64,000 nt of DNA from Candidatus Bathyarchaeia archaeon (GTDB lineage Archaea > Thermoproteota > Bathyarchaeia > Hecatellales > Hecatellaceae): contig JAVZMI010000002.1 of the NCBI GenBank assembly GCA_038883335.1, positions 9,242-73,241 of the forward strand, given 5' to 3'. Both the position numbers and the translations under genes were made by a program. Of the stretch, positions 1-8,302 are shown in pieces (the first letter of the stretch is position 1; every line of letters starts with the position of its first letter). The notes beneath the pieces were generated by a model, which was not told the DNA's origin, did no database searches, and worked only from the letters and a program-made list of their open reading frames with translations.

Positions 1-655
1 ACTCAACATTCATCAGGGTTTCAGCTCTCTCCGCGCTTCCAGCTGCAGAAGTTATAGCTCGTGAAGAACTCTTTGGTATGCACAACCCAGCGGCTGCCAC
101 TATTGGAACAACCAACAGCGTGGTTTTGTCGCCGGGAACTCCGCCGATGGAGTGTTTATCTACTATAACTTCTTTGTCAAGTACCAGCGTATCTCCAGTC
201 TCAACCATGGCGTTAGTCAGGCTCACAGCCTCATCCAGGTCTAAACCTTCTTTCGCCAAGGCTATTACGAAGGAGGTTATCTCAACCTCGCTTAGGGCGC
301 CATTCACAACATCCTTGACGATCTCTCTTATCTCGTTAGAATCTAACTGCCTACCCCTCAGCTTATTTCTAATGTATTCAGTAGATCTTGGGAAGCCTAC
401 TGGTTCCACCTCTATTAGACCACCATCAGGTGCCCCTAGATATTTATACACCTCCTCGTAGAGGAATATCTCCCCCCTTGAGAGAAGCTCTGTGGCGGTG
501 TTGACTATGGCCACCCGCTCCCTCAGATTATAACTCAGTTTAACTCTGCCTAGACTTCTCACACCCATGCTTTCCGCGTCCTCACGGTTCAACACAACTA
601 TCGGCTTCCCCCCCGACTCTAACCCGATACGCTTAACCTTGAAGTTCAACCTCAC
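1..655 (-). CDS. deoA: AMP phosphorylase (thymidine-phosphorylase family), partial: N-terminal part is in the window, gene runs off the window start
   Basis: Manual minus-strand translation gives a continuous frame, LNFKVKRIGLESGGKPIVVLNREDAESMGV ... VDKHSIGGVPGDKTTLLVVPIVAAAG. The DKHSxGGVxGD motif is the glycosyl-transferase family 3 / thymidine-phosphorylase signature. The N-terminal extension domain is typical of archaeal AMP phosphorylase. Start is GTG or TTG near 647-655. The ORF track missed it because of the alternative start. Confidence 0.7.
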   Translation of the reverse strand, partial: MRLNFKVKRIGLESGGKPIVVLNREDAESMGVRSLGRVKLSYNLRERVAIVNTATELLSRGEIFLYEEVYKYLGAPDGGLIEVEPVGFPRSTEYIRNKLRGRQLDSNEIREIVKDVVNGALSEVEITSFVIALAKEGLDLDEAVSLTNAMVETGDTLVLDKEVIVDKHSIGGVPGDKTTLLVVPIVAAAGLCIPKSSSRAITSAAGSAERAETLMNVE

Positions 656-700
656 GACCCTTCCCTGATGAGTTTATCTTGAAGATCAGCATTAGATGAC

Positions 701-708
701 TATAAAAC
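701..708 (+). promoter_or_regulatory. TATA-box-like element (TATAAAAC) about 40 nt upstream of the e2b2 ATG, in the divergent deoA / e2b2 intergenic region
   Basis: Sequence tataaaac at 701-708. Its position fits an archaeal TATA at about -26 of a short-leader transcript starting near 730. Confidence 0.3.
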
Positions 709-747
709 TACTACCTCAAAACCATCTATGGCAGGGCGAGTTAATAA

Positions 748-1734
748 ATGGAAACACTTTATCACCCGGAGGCATTAAGTATCGCGGAAGATATTAAAAA
801 CATGAAAATTAGGGGCGCGGGGAGAGTTGCGAGAGCAGCTGTGAAGGCGTTGCTTTTTACAGCGCGCCACTCTAAGGCCACAAACACCGACTCCCTCATA
901 AAAGAACTTGAATCAACCGCGAAAATGCTGATGGAAACCAGGCCCACCGCGGTAAGTCTGCCAAATGGACTCAGATACGTTTTGAAGCGAGTCTCCGACG
1001 CTAAGGGTTACGCGGAGAGTACGGACGCAATTAGAAAGATAACTAGTAACGCTGCTTTACAGTTCATCGCCGAGTCGAAGCGGGCTGTAGAGAGAATCGG
1101 GGAGATCGGAGCTAGAAGAATAGGTAACGGCGATACAATATTGACCCACTGCAACTCTGAGGCCGCAATATCTATAATAGCTACAGCTTGGAGGCAAGGT
1201 AAAGATATACGTGTCTTTGCAACTGAAACTAGACCCAGGTTGCAAGGGAGAACTACCGTGAGAAGATTGGGCAGGGAGGGGATTCCAACCACACTTATAA
1301 TAGACAGTGCTGCCAGACATTTCATGAACAAAGTGGACAAAGTTGTTGTAGGATCTGATGCTGTAGCAGCAAATGGGGCTGTAGTAAACAAGATAGGCAC
1401 TAGCATGATCGCCCTCGCGGCTAAGGAGGCACGGACACCTTTCTACGTAGCCGCTGAGACCTATAAGTTCAGCCCAGCCACCACGCTCGGGGAACTTATT
1501 AGGATAGAGGAGAGGGACGCTTCAGAGGTCATTCCAAAAGGCACCTTGCAAAGTTTAAAGAATGTAACGGTGAGGAACCCTTCCTTCGACGTGACACCCC
1601 CCCAGTACATTGATCTCATAATAACCGAGAAGGGCGTAATACCTCCTCAGTATGCCATATCCGTGATACAACAAGAGTTCGGATGGGCGCTCTTTGAAGA
1701 AGGTGAACGCCCAATAACCCCGGAAGACGAGTAA
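748..1734 (+). CDS. e2b2: ribose-1,5-bisphosphate isomerase (eIF-2B alpha/beta/delta family)
   Basis: 328 aa. ILTHCNSEAA ... TETRPRLQG ... DSAARHFMNKVDKVVVGSDAVAANGAVVNKIGT ... AAETYKF is full-length IF-2B family with the catalytic Cys in THCNS. It sits between AMP phosphorylase and RuBisCO as in the archaeal AMP pathway. Confidence 0.8.
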   Translation: METLYHPEALSIAEDIKNMKIRGAGRVARAAVKALLFTARHSKATNTDSLIKELESTAKMLMETRPTAVSLPNGLRYVLKRVSDAKGYAESTDAIRKITSNAALQFIAESKRAVERIGEIGARRIGNGDTILTHCNSEAAISIIATAWRQGKDIRVFATETRPRLQGRTTVRRLGREGIPTTLIIDSAARHFMNKVDKVVVGSDAVAANGAVVNKIGTSMIALAAKEARTPFYVAAETYKFSPATTLGELIRIEERDASEVIPKGTLQSLKNVTVRNPSFDVTPPQYIDLIITEKGVIPPQYAISVIQQEFGWALFEEGERPITPEDE

Positions 1735-1738
1735 TGAG

Positions 1739-2971
1739 GTGAAACCAGTGGGATACATTGATTTTGTAGATTTGAAGTATATCCCTGCAGCCAGTGATCT
1801 GATATGTAAGTTTTACGTTGAACCTCAAGGATTAAGCCTCGAGGAAGCGGCAGGTGGGGTCGCGGCTGAGAGTTCTGTCGGGACATGGACAGAACTTGGA
1901 ACTATGAGAGAATATGCTTGGAAACTACACGCTACAGTCTTCGAGATCAAAGGCAACCATGTGACGATAGCCTACCCAGCAGAACTTTTCGAGAAAAGTA
2001 ACATGCCTAACATACTTAGCAGTATAGCGGGGAACGTCTTCGGACTTGCCGCCTTAAAGAATCTGAGGCTAGTCGACATTCAGATCCCGAGAGAGCTGGT
2101 TAAGAGCTTTAAAGGGCCAAGATACGGGATTGAAGGAATACGGAGAATCCTTAAAGTGCCTAAGAGACCGCTTGTGGGAACTATTATCAAACCAAAGTTG
2201 GGTTTAAACCCCGGCGACCACGCCGAGGTTGCTTACGAAGCCTGGTCTGGCGGCTGCGACATTGTAAAGGATGATGAGAACTTGGCCAGTCAACGCTTTA
2301 ACAGGTTTGCAACGCGACTGCGTGAGACACTTAGGAGGAGGGATCGTGCTGAGAAGGAGACCGGAGAGAGGAAGATGTACCTTGTCAACATCACAGCAGA
2401 AACTGAGGAGATGCTGAGGAGGGCCCAGCTTGTTAAGGATAGCGGTGGCGAATATGTGATGATAGACATATTGACCTGCGGTTTCGCCAGCGTTCAGACT
2501 CTGAGGGATATGAATCTAGGGCTGGTTCTCCACGGCCACAGGGCGGGGCACGCCGCCTTCACGAGGAACCCAAAGCACGGGATATCGATGAGGGTCATCT
2601 CACGCATTGGAAGAATCATCGGGCTCGATCAGCTCCATGTAGGAGCAGCCGTGGGCAAGATGTCGGAGGAGAGAGATGAAGTTCTTGAGAACGTTCAGGC
2701 GCTAAAGGGGGAGTTATACGGCCTTAAAAGAGTTCTTCCCGTGGCTTCAGGTGGGCTCCACCCCCGCCTCGTCCCCTCCCTCGTGGAGATCTTCGGGAAT
2801 GATGTTGTGATCCAAGCTGGAGGCGGGATCCACGGTCATAAAGATGGAACCTACGCCGGAGCCAGAGCTATGAGACAGGCCATAGATGCTACAGTAGAAG
2901 GGATAACCCTCGCCGAGTATGCAAATAGCCATGGCGAACTGCGGGCGGCGTTGAATACTTGGCCGGCTTGA
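1739..2971 (+). CDS. rbcL: ribulose-bisphosphate carboxylase large subunit, form III
   Basis: 410 aa. The N-terminus YIDFVDLKYIPAASDLICKFYVEP ... AAESSVGTWT and the IKPKLGLNPGDHAEVAYEAWSGGCDIVKDDENL region are RuBisCO large-subunit signatures. GTG start 5 nt after the e2b2 stop suggests translational coupling. Confidence 0.9.
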   Translation: MKPVGYIDFVDLKYIPAASDLICKFYVEPQGLSLEEAAGGVAAESSVGTWTELGTMREYAWKLHATVFEIKGNHVTIAYPAELFEKSNMPNILSSIAGNVFGLAALKNLRLVDIQIPRELVKSFKGPRYGIEGIRRILKVPKRPLVGTIIKPKLGLNPGDHAEVAYEAWSGGCDIVKDDENLASQRFNRFATRLRETLRRRDRAEKETGERKMYLVNITAETEEMLRRAQLVKDSGGEYVMIDILTCGFASVQTLRDMNLGLVLHGHRAGHAAFTRNPKHGISMRVISRIGRIIGLDQLHVGAAVGKMSEERDEVLENVQALKGELYGLKRVLPVASGGLHPRLVPSLVEIFGNDVVIQAGGGIHGHKDGTYAGARAMRQAIDATVEGITLAEYANSHGELRAALNTWPA

Positions 2972-3362
2972 CGGCTAGAGTATAACGGCTTTAATCCTGA
3001 AATGTTTAGGGGAGATATGTGCCGAAGCCCCCCACCCACTAAGGAGCTGGGAAGAGCTTGTTTATCGGCATCTCGCTAACCCTGTAGCGATGTTAATGAA
3101 GTTTGATGGTAGCTTCTGCATAGCTCGGTGTTCTTATATCGCGTTCACTTGCCGTCTCCTTGACTACCCCGAAGCCTTCAGGGTTAAATGTGAACTGAGA
3201 AAAAATGGCTAAGACATACCTTTTTGCATATAACTCTCTCAGACTTACCATTATCTTCATCTACGCATATGAGCGGGAAAACTAGGTTGGGGTATACTAA
3301 AGGTAATCTTTTTAATGAGCTAGAGACATTTAGAGAGGACGTAAATCCTTAGGGGCGATAAT

Positions 3363-3815
3363 TTGGTGGCTACACCATACGAGGTGCCGGCTGACAAGCT
3401 GATTGAGATGCTTTCTAAACATCTAGCCGAGAATGTTGAGGCCGTAAATCCGCCGCAGTGGGCCGCCTACGTTAAGACTGGAGCCCACGCTCAACGCCCC
3501 CCGGATGCGGATGACTGGTGGTATACTAGGTGTGCTTCACTTCTGAGAAAACTATACATCCACGGGCCTATTGGTGTCTCGAGGTTGCGTTTAGAGTATG
3601 GAGGGAGGAGAACTGGTAGAGCATCAAGACCTGAGCGCTTCCGCCGAGGGGGAGGAGCTATTTTGAGGAGGGCTCTCCAACAGCTCGAGTTAGCCGGTCT
3701 CGTGAAGACTTCGAAGAGAGGGCGCTCACTTACCACTGAAGGTAAAAGTTTACTGGAGCAGGTTGCTGGGAAGATTAAGATCGAGATGGAGAAGATCATG
3801 CAGGCAGGAGGTTAA
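3363..3815 (+). CDS. rps19e: ribosomal protein S19e (eS19)
   Basis: 150 aa. VPADKLIEML ... PPQWAAYVKTG ... WWYTRCASLLRKLY is typical eS19. TTG or GTG start. Confidence 0.85.
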   Translation: MVATPYEVPADKLIEMLSKHLAENVEAVNPPQWAAYVKTGAHAQRPPDADDWWYTRCASLLRKLYIHGPIGVSRLRLEYGGRRTGRASRPERFRRGGGAILRRALQQLELAGLVKTSKRGRSLTTEGKSLLEQVAGKIKIEMEKIMQAGG

Positions 3816-3823
3816 CCTGTGGT

Positions 3824-4141
3824 ATGGCGGAAGAAGAACTTGAGCGGTTGAAGCAGCAGCGCCTCATCGATCTGAGGAGGAGGATAGCCGAGGAGGAAGC
3901 TAGAGCTAGAGCTGAAGCTGAAAAGCAGGCTGCTCTAAGGGTGGTTTTGACGGCGGAGGCTAGACAGCGTCTGGCGAACATAAGGATGGTGAGACCTGAT
4001 TTTGCAGAGCAACTAGAGTTGCAGCTAATCCAGCTTGCTCAGGAAGGCAGGCTTCAAATTCCAGTTACAGATGAGAAGTTGAGGGAGCTTCTTGATAAGG
4101 TGAGCTCTCGAAAGAGGGAGATAAGCATTAGGAGATATTGA
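3824..4141 (+). CDS. PDCD5/TFAR19-like double-stranded DNA-binding protein (COG2118)
   Basis: 105 aa, charged and helical (LERLKQQRLIDLRRRIAEEE ...). The position between S19e and L39e is the conserved archaeal context for this family. Confidence 0.55.
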   Translation: MAEEELERLKQQRLIDLRRRIAEEEARARAEAEKQAALRVVLTAEARQRLANIRMVRPDFAEQLELQLIQLAQEGRLQIPVTDEKLRELLDKVSSRKREISIRRY

Positions 4142-4152
4142 GGAGACCTAAA

Positions 4153-4308
4153 GTGGCGAGATATAAGACGCTATCTAAGAAGATTAAGTTGGCCAAAGAG
4201 TTTAAGAAAGCAAATCCTGTCCCAGCTTGGATTATCGCCAAAACGAGGGGAAGAGTCCGCCGGACACCTACTAGGAGACATTGGCGAAGGGTCAAGATAA
4301 AGATCTGA
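4153..4308 (+). CDS. rpl39e: ribosomal protein L39e (eL39)
   Basis: Not in the ORF track because of its GTG start. Manual translation gives VARYKTLSKKIKLAKEFKKANPVPAWIIAKTRGRVRRTPTRRHWRRVKIKI (51 aa), a typical eL39. Confidence 0.8.
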   Translation: MARYKTLSKKIKLAKEFKKANPVPAWIIAKTRGRVRRTPTRRHWRRVKIKI

Positions 4309-4333
4309 AGGGTTATGGACGCTTGACGCTAGG

Positions 4334-4765
4334 ATGAGAGAGGGAGACCAAACAATGGAGACCGGTATGGAAGAGAAGACTGAAAAAGTAGCTGAGGAGA
4401 CGACTCGTTCAAAGAAGGGGGAGGTTAAGGAGGTAAGGGAAGCCGAACCGGCTAAAGTAAAGAAGGATAAGGCTAAAGAGATGGAAGAGGAGATTCTCGA
4501 GGAGAAGATTTACACAATCCCTCTCGGGCGTGTATGGAACATCCAACAGCCCTATAGGACACCGAAGTCGATCAAACTTGTGAGAGATTACGTAAAGAGA
4601 CATATGAAAGTTGACGTGGTAAAGCTCCACGACGGGTTGAATCGCTTCATGTGGCGGAGAGGAATAGAAAAACCGCCACGCCGAGTACGTGTAAGAGCCA
4701 CGAAGGATAAGGAAGGAAATGTCACGGTATACCTGGCTGAGGGGAAGGAGTCGCGTGCCCCTTAA
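4334..4765 (+). CDS. rpl31e: ribosomal protein L31e (eL31), with a Lys/Glu-rich N-terminal extension if the first ATG is used
   Basis: The C-terminal 90 aa, IYTIPLGRVWNIQQPYRTPKSIKLVRDYVKRHMKV ..., are eL31. An alternative internal start MEEEILEEK at 4481 would give a canonical-length protein. Confidence 0.8.
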   Translation: MREGDQTMETGMEEKTEKVAEETTRSKKGEVKEVREAEPAKVKKDKAKEMEEEILEEKIYTIPLGRVWNIQQPYRTPKSIKLVRDYVKRHMKVDVVKLHDGLNRFMWRRGIEKPPRRVRVRATKDKEGNVTVYLAEGKESRAP

Positions 4766-5091
4766 GTCAGCCTGCGTCGTGGTTTCAAGGACATCCGTTT
4801 AACGTTGCCGCAGCTTAAGCAAGTTATGGTGAGGTGGGGCTCCCTTCTCTGCTGTATTCTGACTCTGCAGTTTGAGTTAGGTAGGAGGAAAGTTTTACAT
4901 TTTTTACAGATCAGAAGCTTCCACTTCCTCGGAATTCTAACCCTACATTTCATCCCTACATGGCGGGCCATCTCACTGTAACGTTGAGCAAGCTTAGGAT
5001 CTTGGTTATAGATTTCTAGAGCCAACTTGAATAGCGCCTCTACAGTCTGCTCCGCCAACTGTCTACGATCCCTTCTCTCGCCCAATCCCAA
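4762..5091 (-). CDS. rnp4: ribonuclease P protein component 4 (Rpp21/Rpr2)
   Basis: 109 aa. N-terminal helix LAEQTVEALFKLALEIY, then zinc ribbon ICKKCKTFLLPNSNCRVRIQQRREPHLTITCLSCGNVKR. Confidence 0.65.
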   Translation of the reverse strand: MGLGERRDRRQLAEQTVEALFKLALEIYNQDPKLAQRYSEMARHVGMKCRVRIPRKWKLLICKKCKTFLLPNSNCRVRIQQRREPHLTITCLSCGNVKRMSLKPRRRLT

Positions 5092-5147
5092 ATCGACCGA
5101 CCCTTAATAGTGGAAGCCACATAATATCTAAAGCTTAGGCGGGTGGT

Positions 5148-5855
5148 TTGATGTTAACCTTGATCATAGCAGAGTCTGCGTTAGAGGTTATCCCTGAAGA
5201 GATTAGGGGTGACCCTCGAATTCTAGCATACTCTAAGAGAGCCGGGAAGGATCCGTGCCGGATGTTGTTGGACAAGTCTTATCACTATGCGGCAATGGGA
5301 CGCATCGACCAGAAAGAGAAGCGTGGTAGACCTGACATCGTCCACCTAACACTCTTAGAAGCGTTAGGCTCACCCCTCAACTTAGAGGGTCTACTCCAAA
5401 CCTATGTTCACACTATTAACGATCAGACTATCACCATCAACCCAAAAACCAGAATCCCAAGAAACTATAACCGCTTTGTGGGGTTGATGGAGCAGCTCTT
5501 TCAGACCGGGAAAACTCCGATGAGAGGCGATGTGTTACTTGAACTTAAAAAGGCTGAGCTGAAGAGTTTGATCAAGTCGATCGGGGCCTCTTACGTATAT
5601 GCCTTCAGCAGAGTTGGAAGGCCGGCCACTGTGAAAGAGATCGGGGTGCTCCTGAGAGATCGAAGGAACCCCGCAATTTTAGTCGGCGGTTTCCCGAAGG
5701 GCCATCTTACACCCAAAACATTGGAAGCAGCGAATGACTGTTTCTGCGTAGACCCTTCTCCATTAGACGCGTGGGTAGTAGTTTCAAGAGTCATATCAGC
5801 TTACGAAGAGGCAATAGGACTACCTGAACGGCGGCTGAGCAGGATTCGAAGGTAA
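5148..5855 (+). CDS. nep1: ribosome biogenesis protein Nep1/Emg1 (SPOUT pseudouridine-N1 methyltransferase)
   Basis: 235 aa. RPDIVHLTLLEALGSPLN is the Nep1 signature. Confidence 0.8.
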   Translation: MMLTLIIAESALEVIPEEIRGDPRILAYSKRAGKDPCRMLLDKSYHYAAMGRIDQKEKRGRPDIVHLTLLEALGSPLNLEGLLQTYVHTINDQTITINPKTRIPRNYNRFVGLMEQLFQTGKTPMRGDVLLELKKAELKSLIKSIGASYVYAFSRVGRPATVKEIGVLLRDRRNPAILVGGFPKGHLTPKTLEAANDCFCVDPSPLDAWVVVSRVISAYEEAIGLPERRLSRIRR

Positions 5856-6113
5856 CGGGGGTTATTTTTATTCGTAGACGAATGTGCCCCCCTCCAAAAA
5901 GGATGACTCCGCTCGGATCCCGCAGACTCGTCTCCATATTGACGATGAGAGCTCAGAGAGCCTCCCTAGTTGCCTCTCACATCGAAACATTATCTATTAG
6001 AAACTGAAGATCAAAAGCATAACCAGTTCACCGAGGAATTTTTAGAGTGTATAAGTATAGAATTAGGCGCCGCAAAGCGTGAGCGGCATATAAGCCCTGA
6101 CAGGCTGAGTACA

Positions 6114-7442
6114 CTAGCTCGGCGCAAGGAATTCGGTGATCCGCGTCTGGAGGAGCAGCTGCCTCAAGACTGTACTATTAGCAATCCAAGTTTTGAGGGG
6201 TATGGCAAGATGCCTCGTTGCGTGAGCCAGCGCGGCCTCGAGGCTATCAAATTTCTCAGGGGCGGCTCTAAGGGCTCTCCGGACACTCTCCCTAACGTTC
6301 CAAACACCCACAGGGAGAACATAGCCGGGGTGGATCTCCCTCAGCAGGAGGGCGGCTGCTTGCCTCCGCTCTACGCTGAGCTTCTCGGCTGTGGCTAACC
6401 GTGCGGAGTAGTAGCAGCCGCCTACACTAGCGTAAGTCCTTCGCCCTCCCCAATCTTCCCAGTCGCCCATTATCGCTGGGGCAGCCCCGTTGGCGTTCCA
6501 TGTTGTGCCTGGAAACCACGCCTCAATCCACTCGAAGCGCCATGTGTAAGGCATAAGGAAGACTACGAACCTGTTGTCGAGGTTTGTGTAGGTGTAAACC
6601 CTGTACTCGTTGATCGTCTCGTATTGTTTGATCTCCTTGATGAGGTGGAGGGATAGAATACTGTCGATGGCTGTTATGCTCCACCTCGTCGGCACTAGCT
6701 TCCTACTGGACCTCAGCCCTAACATCCCCAAGCTGAAGGGGCGTTGGATCCTCGTCACCGCAACGCCTTCCTTATAGAGTTGGACAACCGCCTCAGACGC
6801 CCTCAGATCGCCGTCAGAGAAAACCTTCTCAACCCGCCAGTCCGTTTTGATATTTGGCACGTTGAAGAATCTGAGAGGGGCTGAAGGGCCGAACGGTTGC
6901 GAATTGTCGTCAAGAGTTAAAACTCGCCGAGGCGTCTTGGCGAAGGTGGCCTCAGCTTCCGTGGGGGAGATACCCATCGCTAACTCTTGAAGCTTATCGA
7001 GGATTCGCCCTCCTTTGCTCGCGTCATCTACGGAAGCTCTGATCTTGCCTCTGATTAGAGAGAAACGGTAGTCTATTATCTCGCTAATCGATAATCCTAT
7101 CCACCGTTCTGGGGTGTCTAAAATCTCCGTATCGCCGAAGTAAGGTGGCATCATAGGGCCGAAGGCGACCTTAGGGTAGCCTACGTGACCTACAAAGACA
7201 CTTGGAGGAGATGAACCTTCAATATGTTCAGAGGCAATTAGTGGAGTTAGCTTGGCTAGCGCCTTAGCCTTGGCGGCTATTGGGCAGAAGGGCTTGCCGC
7301 AGAGCATCCTTCCCCCTTTACAGAGGAGACAGATGGAAACTTTCGGCTGTATGAACTCAATACCTTCTAGAAACTCGAACCCCTTAAACTCCTCTTCGGA
7401 GAAAATTCTGCGTTGCTGGAGGAGCTCTCTAATGTGTGGCAT
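6114..7442 (-). CDS. NreA-like protein (Nre_N/Nre_C family, putative DNA repair), tentative
   Basis: 442 aa. N-terminal Cys cluster CLLCKGGRMLCGKPFCPI. Size and layout recall archaeal NreA. Called from remembered family features only. Confidence 0.4.
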   Translation of the reverse strand: MPHIRELLQQRRIFSEEEFKGFEFLEGIEFIQPKVSICLLCKGGRMLCGKPFCPIAAKAKALAKLTPLIASEHIEGSSPPSVFVGHVGYPKVAFGPMMPPYFGDTEILDTPERWIGLSISEIIDYRFSLIRGKIRASVDDASKGGRILDKLQELAMGISPTEAEATFAKTPRRVLTLDDNSQPFGPSAPLRFFNVPNIKTDWRVEKVFSDGDLRASEAVVQLYKEGVAVTRIQRPFSLGMLGLRSSRKLVPTRWSITAIDSILSLHLIKEIKQYETINEYRVYTYTNLDNRFVVFLMPYTWRFEWIEAWFPGTTWNANGAAPAIMGDWEDWGGRRTYASVGGCYYSARLATAEKLSVERRQAAALLLREIHPGYVLPVGVWNVRESVRRALRAAPEKFDSLEAALAHATRHLAIPLKTWIANSTVLRQLLLQTRITEFLAPS

Positions 7443-7548
7443 GAATCTTCAGTAGTACTCTTTATTAGTCAAGAATTTAAGGAATTACCGCGTGCCCCAA
7501 AGTTTGAGTTCTAAGGGTTTGTCGTGATGGTAGCTTTACCAGGCTGAG

Positions 7549-8223
7549 GTGGAACTCGTGAGAATATGTGACCGAATATTTTTCTATCCTGGCTCCGAGT
7601 CTGACATCCTAAGCTCCAACACATACTTGATAAACGATAAGGTCTTAGCAGTTGTAGACCCCGGTAGCATAAGCCGGCTGGACACTCTACTCAAACACTT
7701 CAGGGAGGATAGAGTAAACGTTGAAGATCTAGAGCTGATAATCAACACGCACAGCCACTTCGACCACTGCGGAGCGAACTTCCACCTTCAGAGGGCCTCG
7801 AGAGCGAAAATAGCAATGCACGAATTGGAAGAGAAGTTTCTAGCTAATTCGCGGAGTATAGCGCTCAGGTTCGGAGACATGATGCCTACATTCAAGGTTG
7901 ACCGACGCCTTCGGGATGGAGAAAAGCTCGTCACTGGAGACCTAATCTTTGAGGTAGTTCATACCCCAGGCCACACGCCTGGCGGTATTTGCCTCTACGA
8001 ACCAAGCCTCAAGCTCCTTTTCTCAGGCGACACCATATTCCCTTACGGAAATATCGGAAGGACAGACCTCCCGGGAGGAGACCCCGCTCAGCTTGCAAAG
8101 TCGATAAGGCGACTCACCGGGTTAGATGTGAGGATACTTGCCCCAGGTCACATGAATATAGTTACTGAGGCTGTGAATGAGCAGATTGAAGCCTCCTTGA
8201 GAAACGCTGAACTGCTATTATGA
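7549..8223 (+). CDS. metallo-beta-lactamase-fold hydrolase
   Basis: 224 aa. THSHFDHCG (HxHxDH) and HTPGHTPG motifs. Confidence 0.7.
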   Translation: MELVRICDRIFFYPGSESDILSSNTYLINDKVLAVVDPGSISRLDTLLKHFREDRVNVEDLELIINTHSHFDHCGANFHLQRASRAKIAMHELEEKFLANSRSIALRFGDMMPTFKVDRRLRDGEKLVTGDLIFEVVHTPGHTPGGICLYEPSLKLLFSGDTIFPYGNIGRTDLPGGDPAQLAKSIRRLTGLDVRILAPGHMNIVTEAVNEQIEASLRNAELLL

Positions 8224-8302
8224 CCGAAGATAGACGACCTCCCTCCATACGGAGAATTGTCTAAAAACTAACCTTTGTAGGTAGACTCTTTTGGAAGGCA
8301 AG

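Noticed and set aside
78-461. 127-aa plus-strand ORF at the window start
   Set aside because: Low-complexity S/T/P-rich translation, and it lies antisense to the strongly supported AMP phosphorylase frame on the minus strand.
5970-6398. 142-aa plus-strand ORF
   Set aside because: Mostly antisense to the 442-aa NreA-like gene, with no motif.
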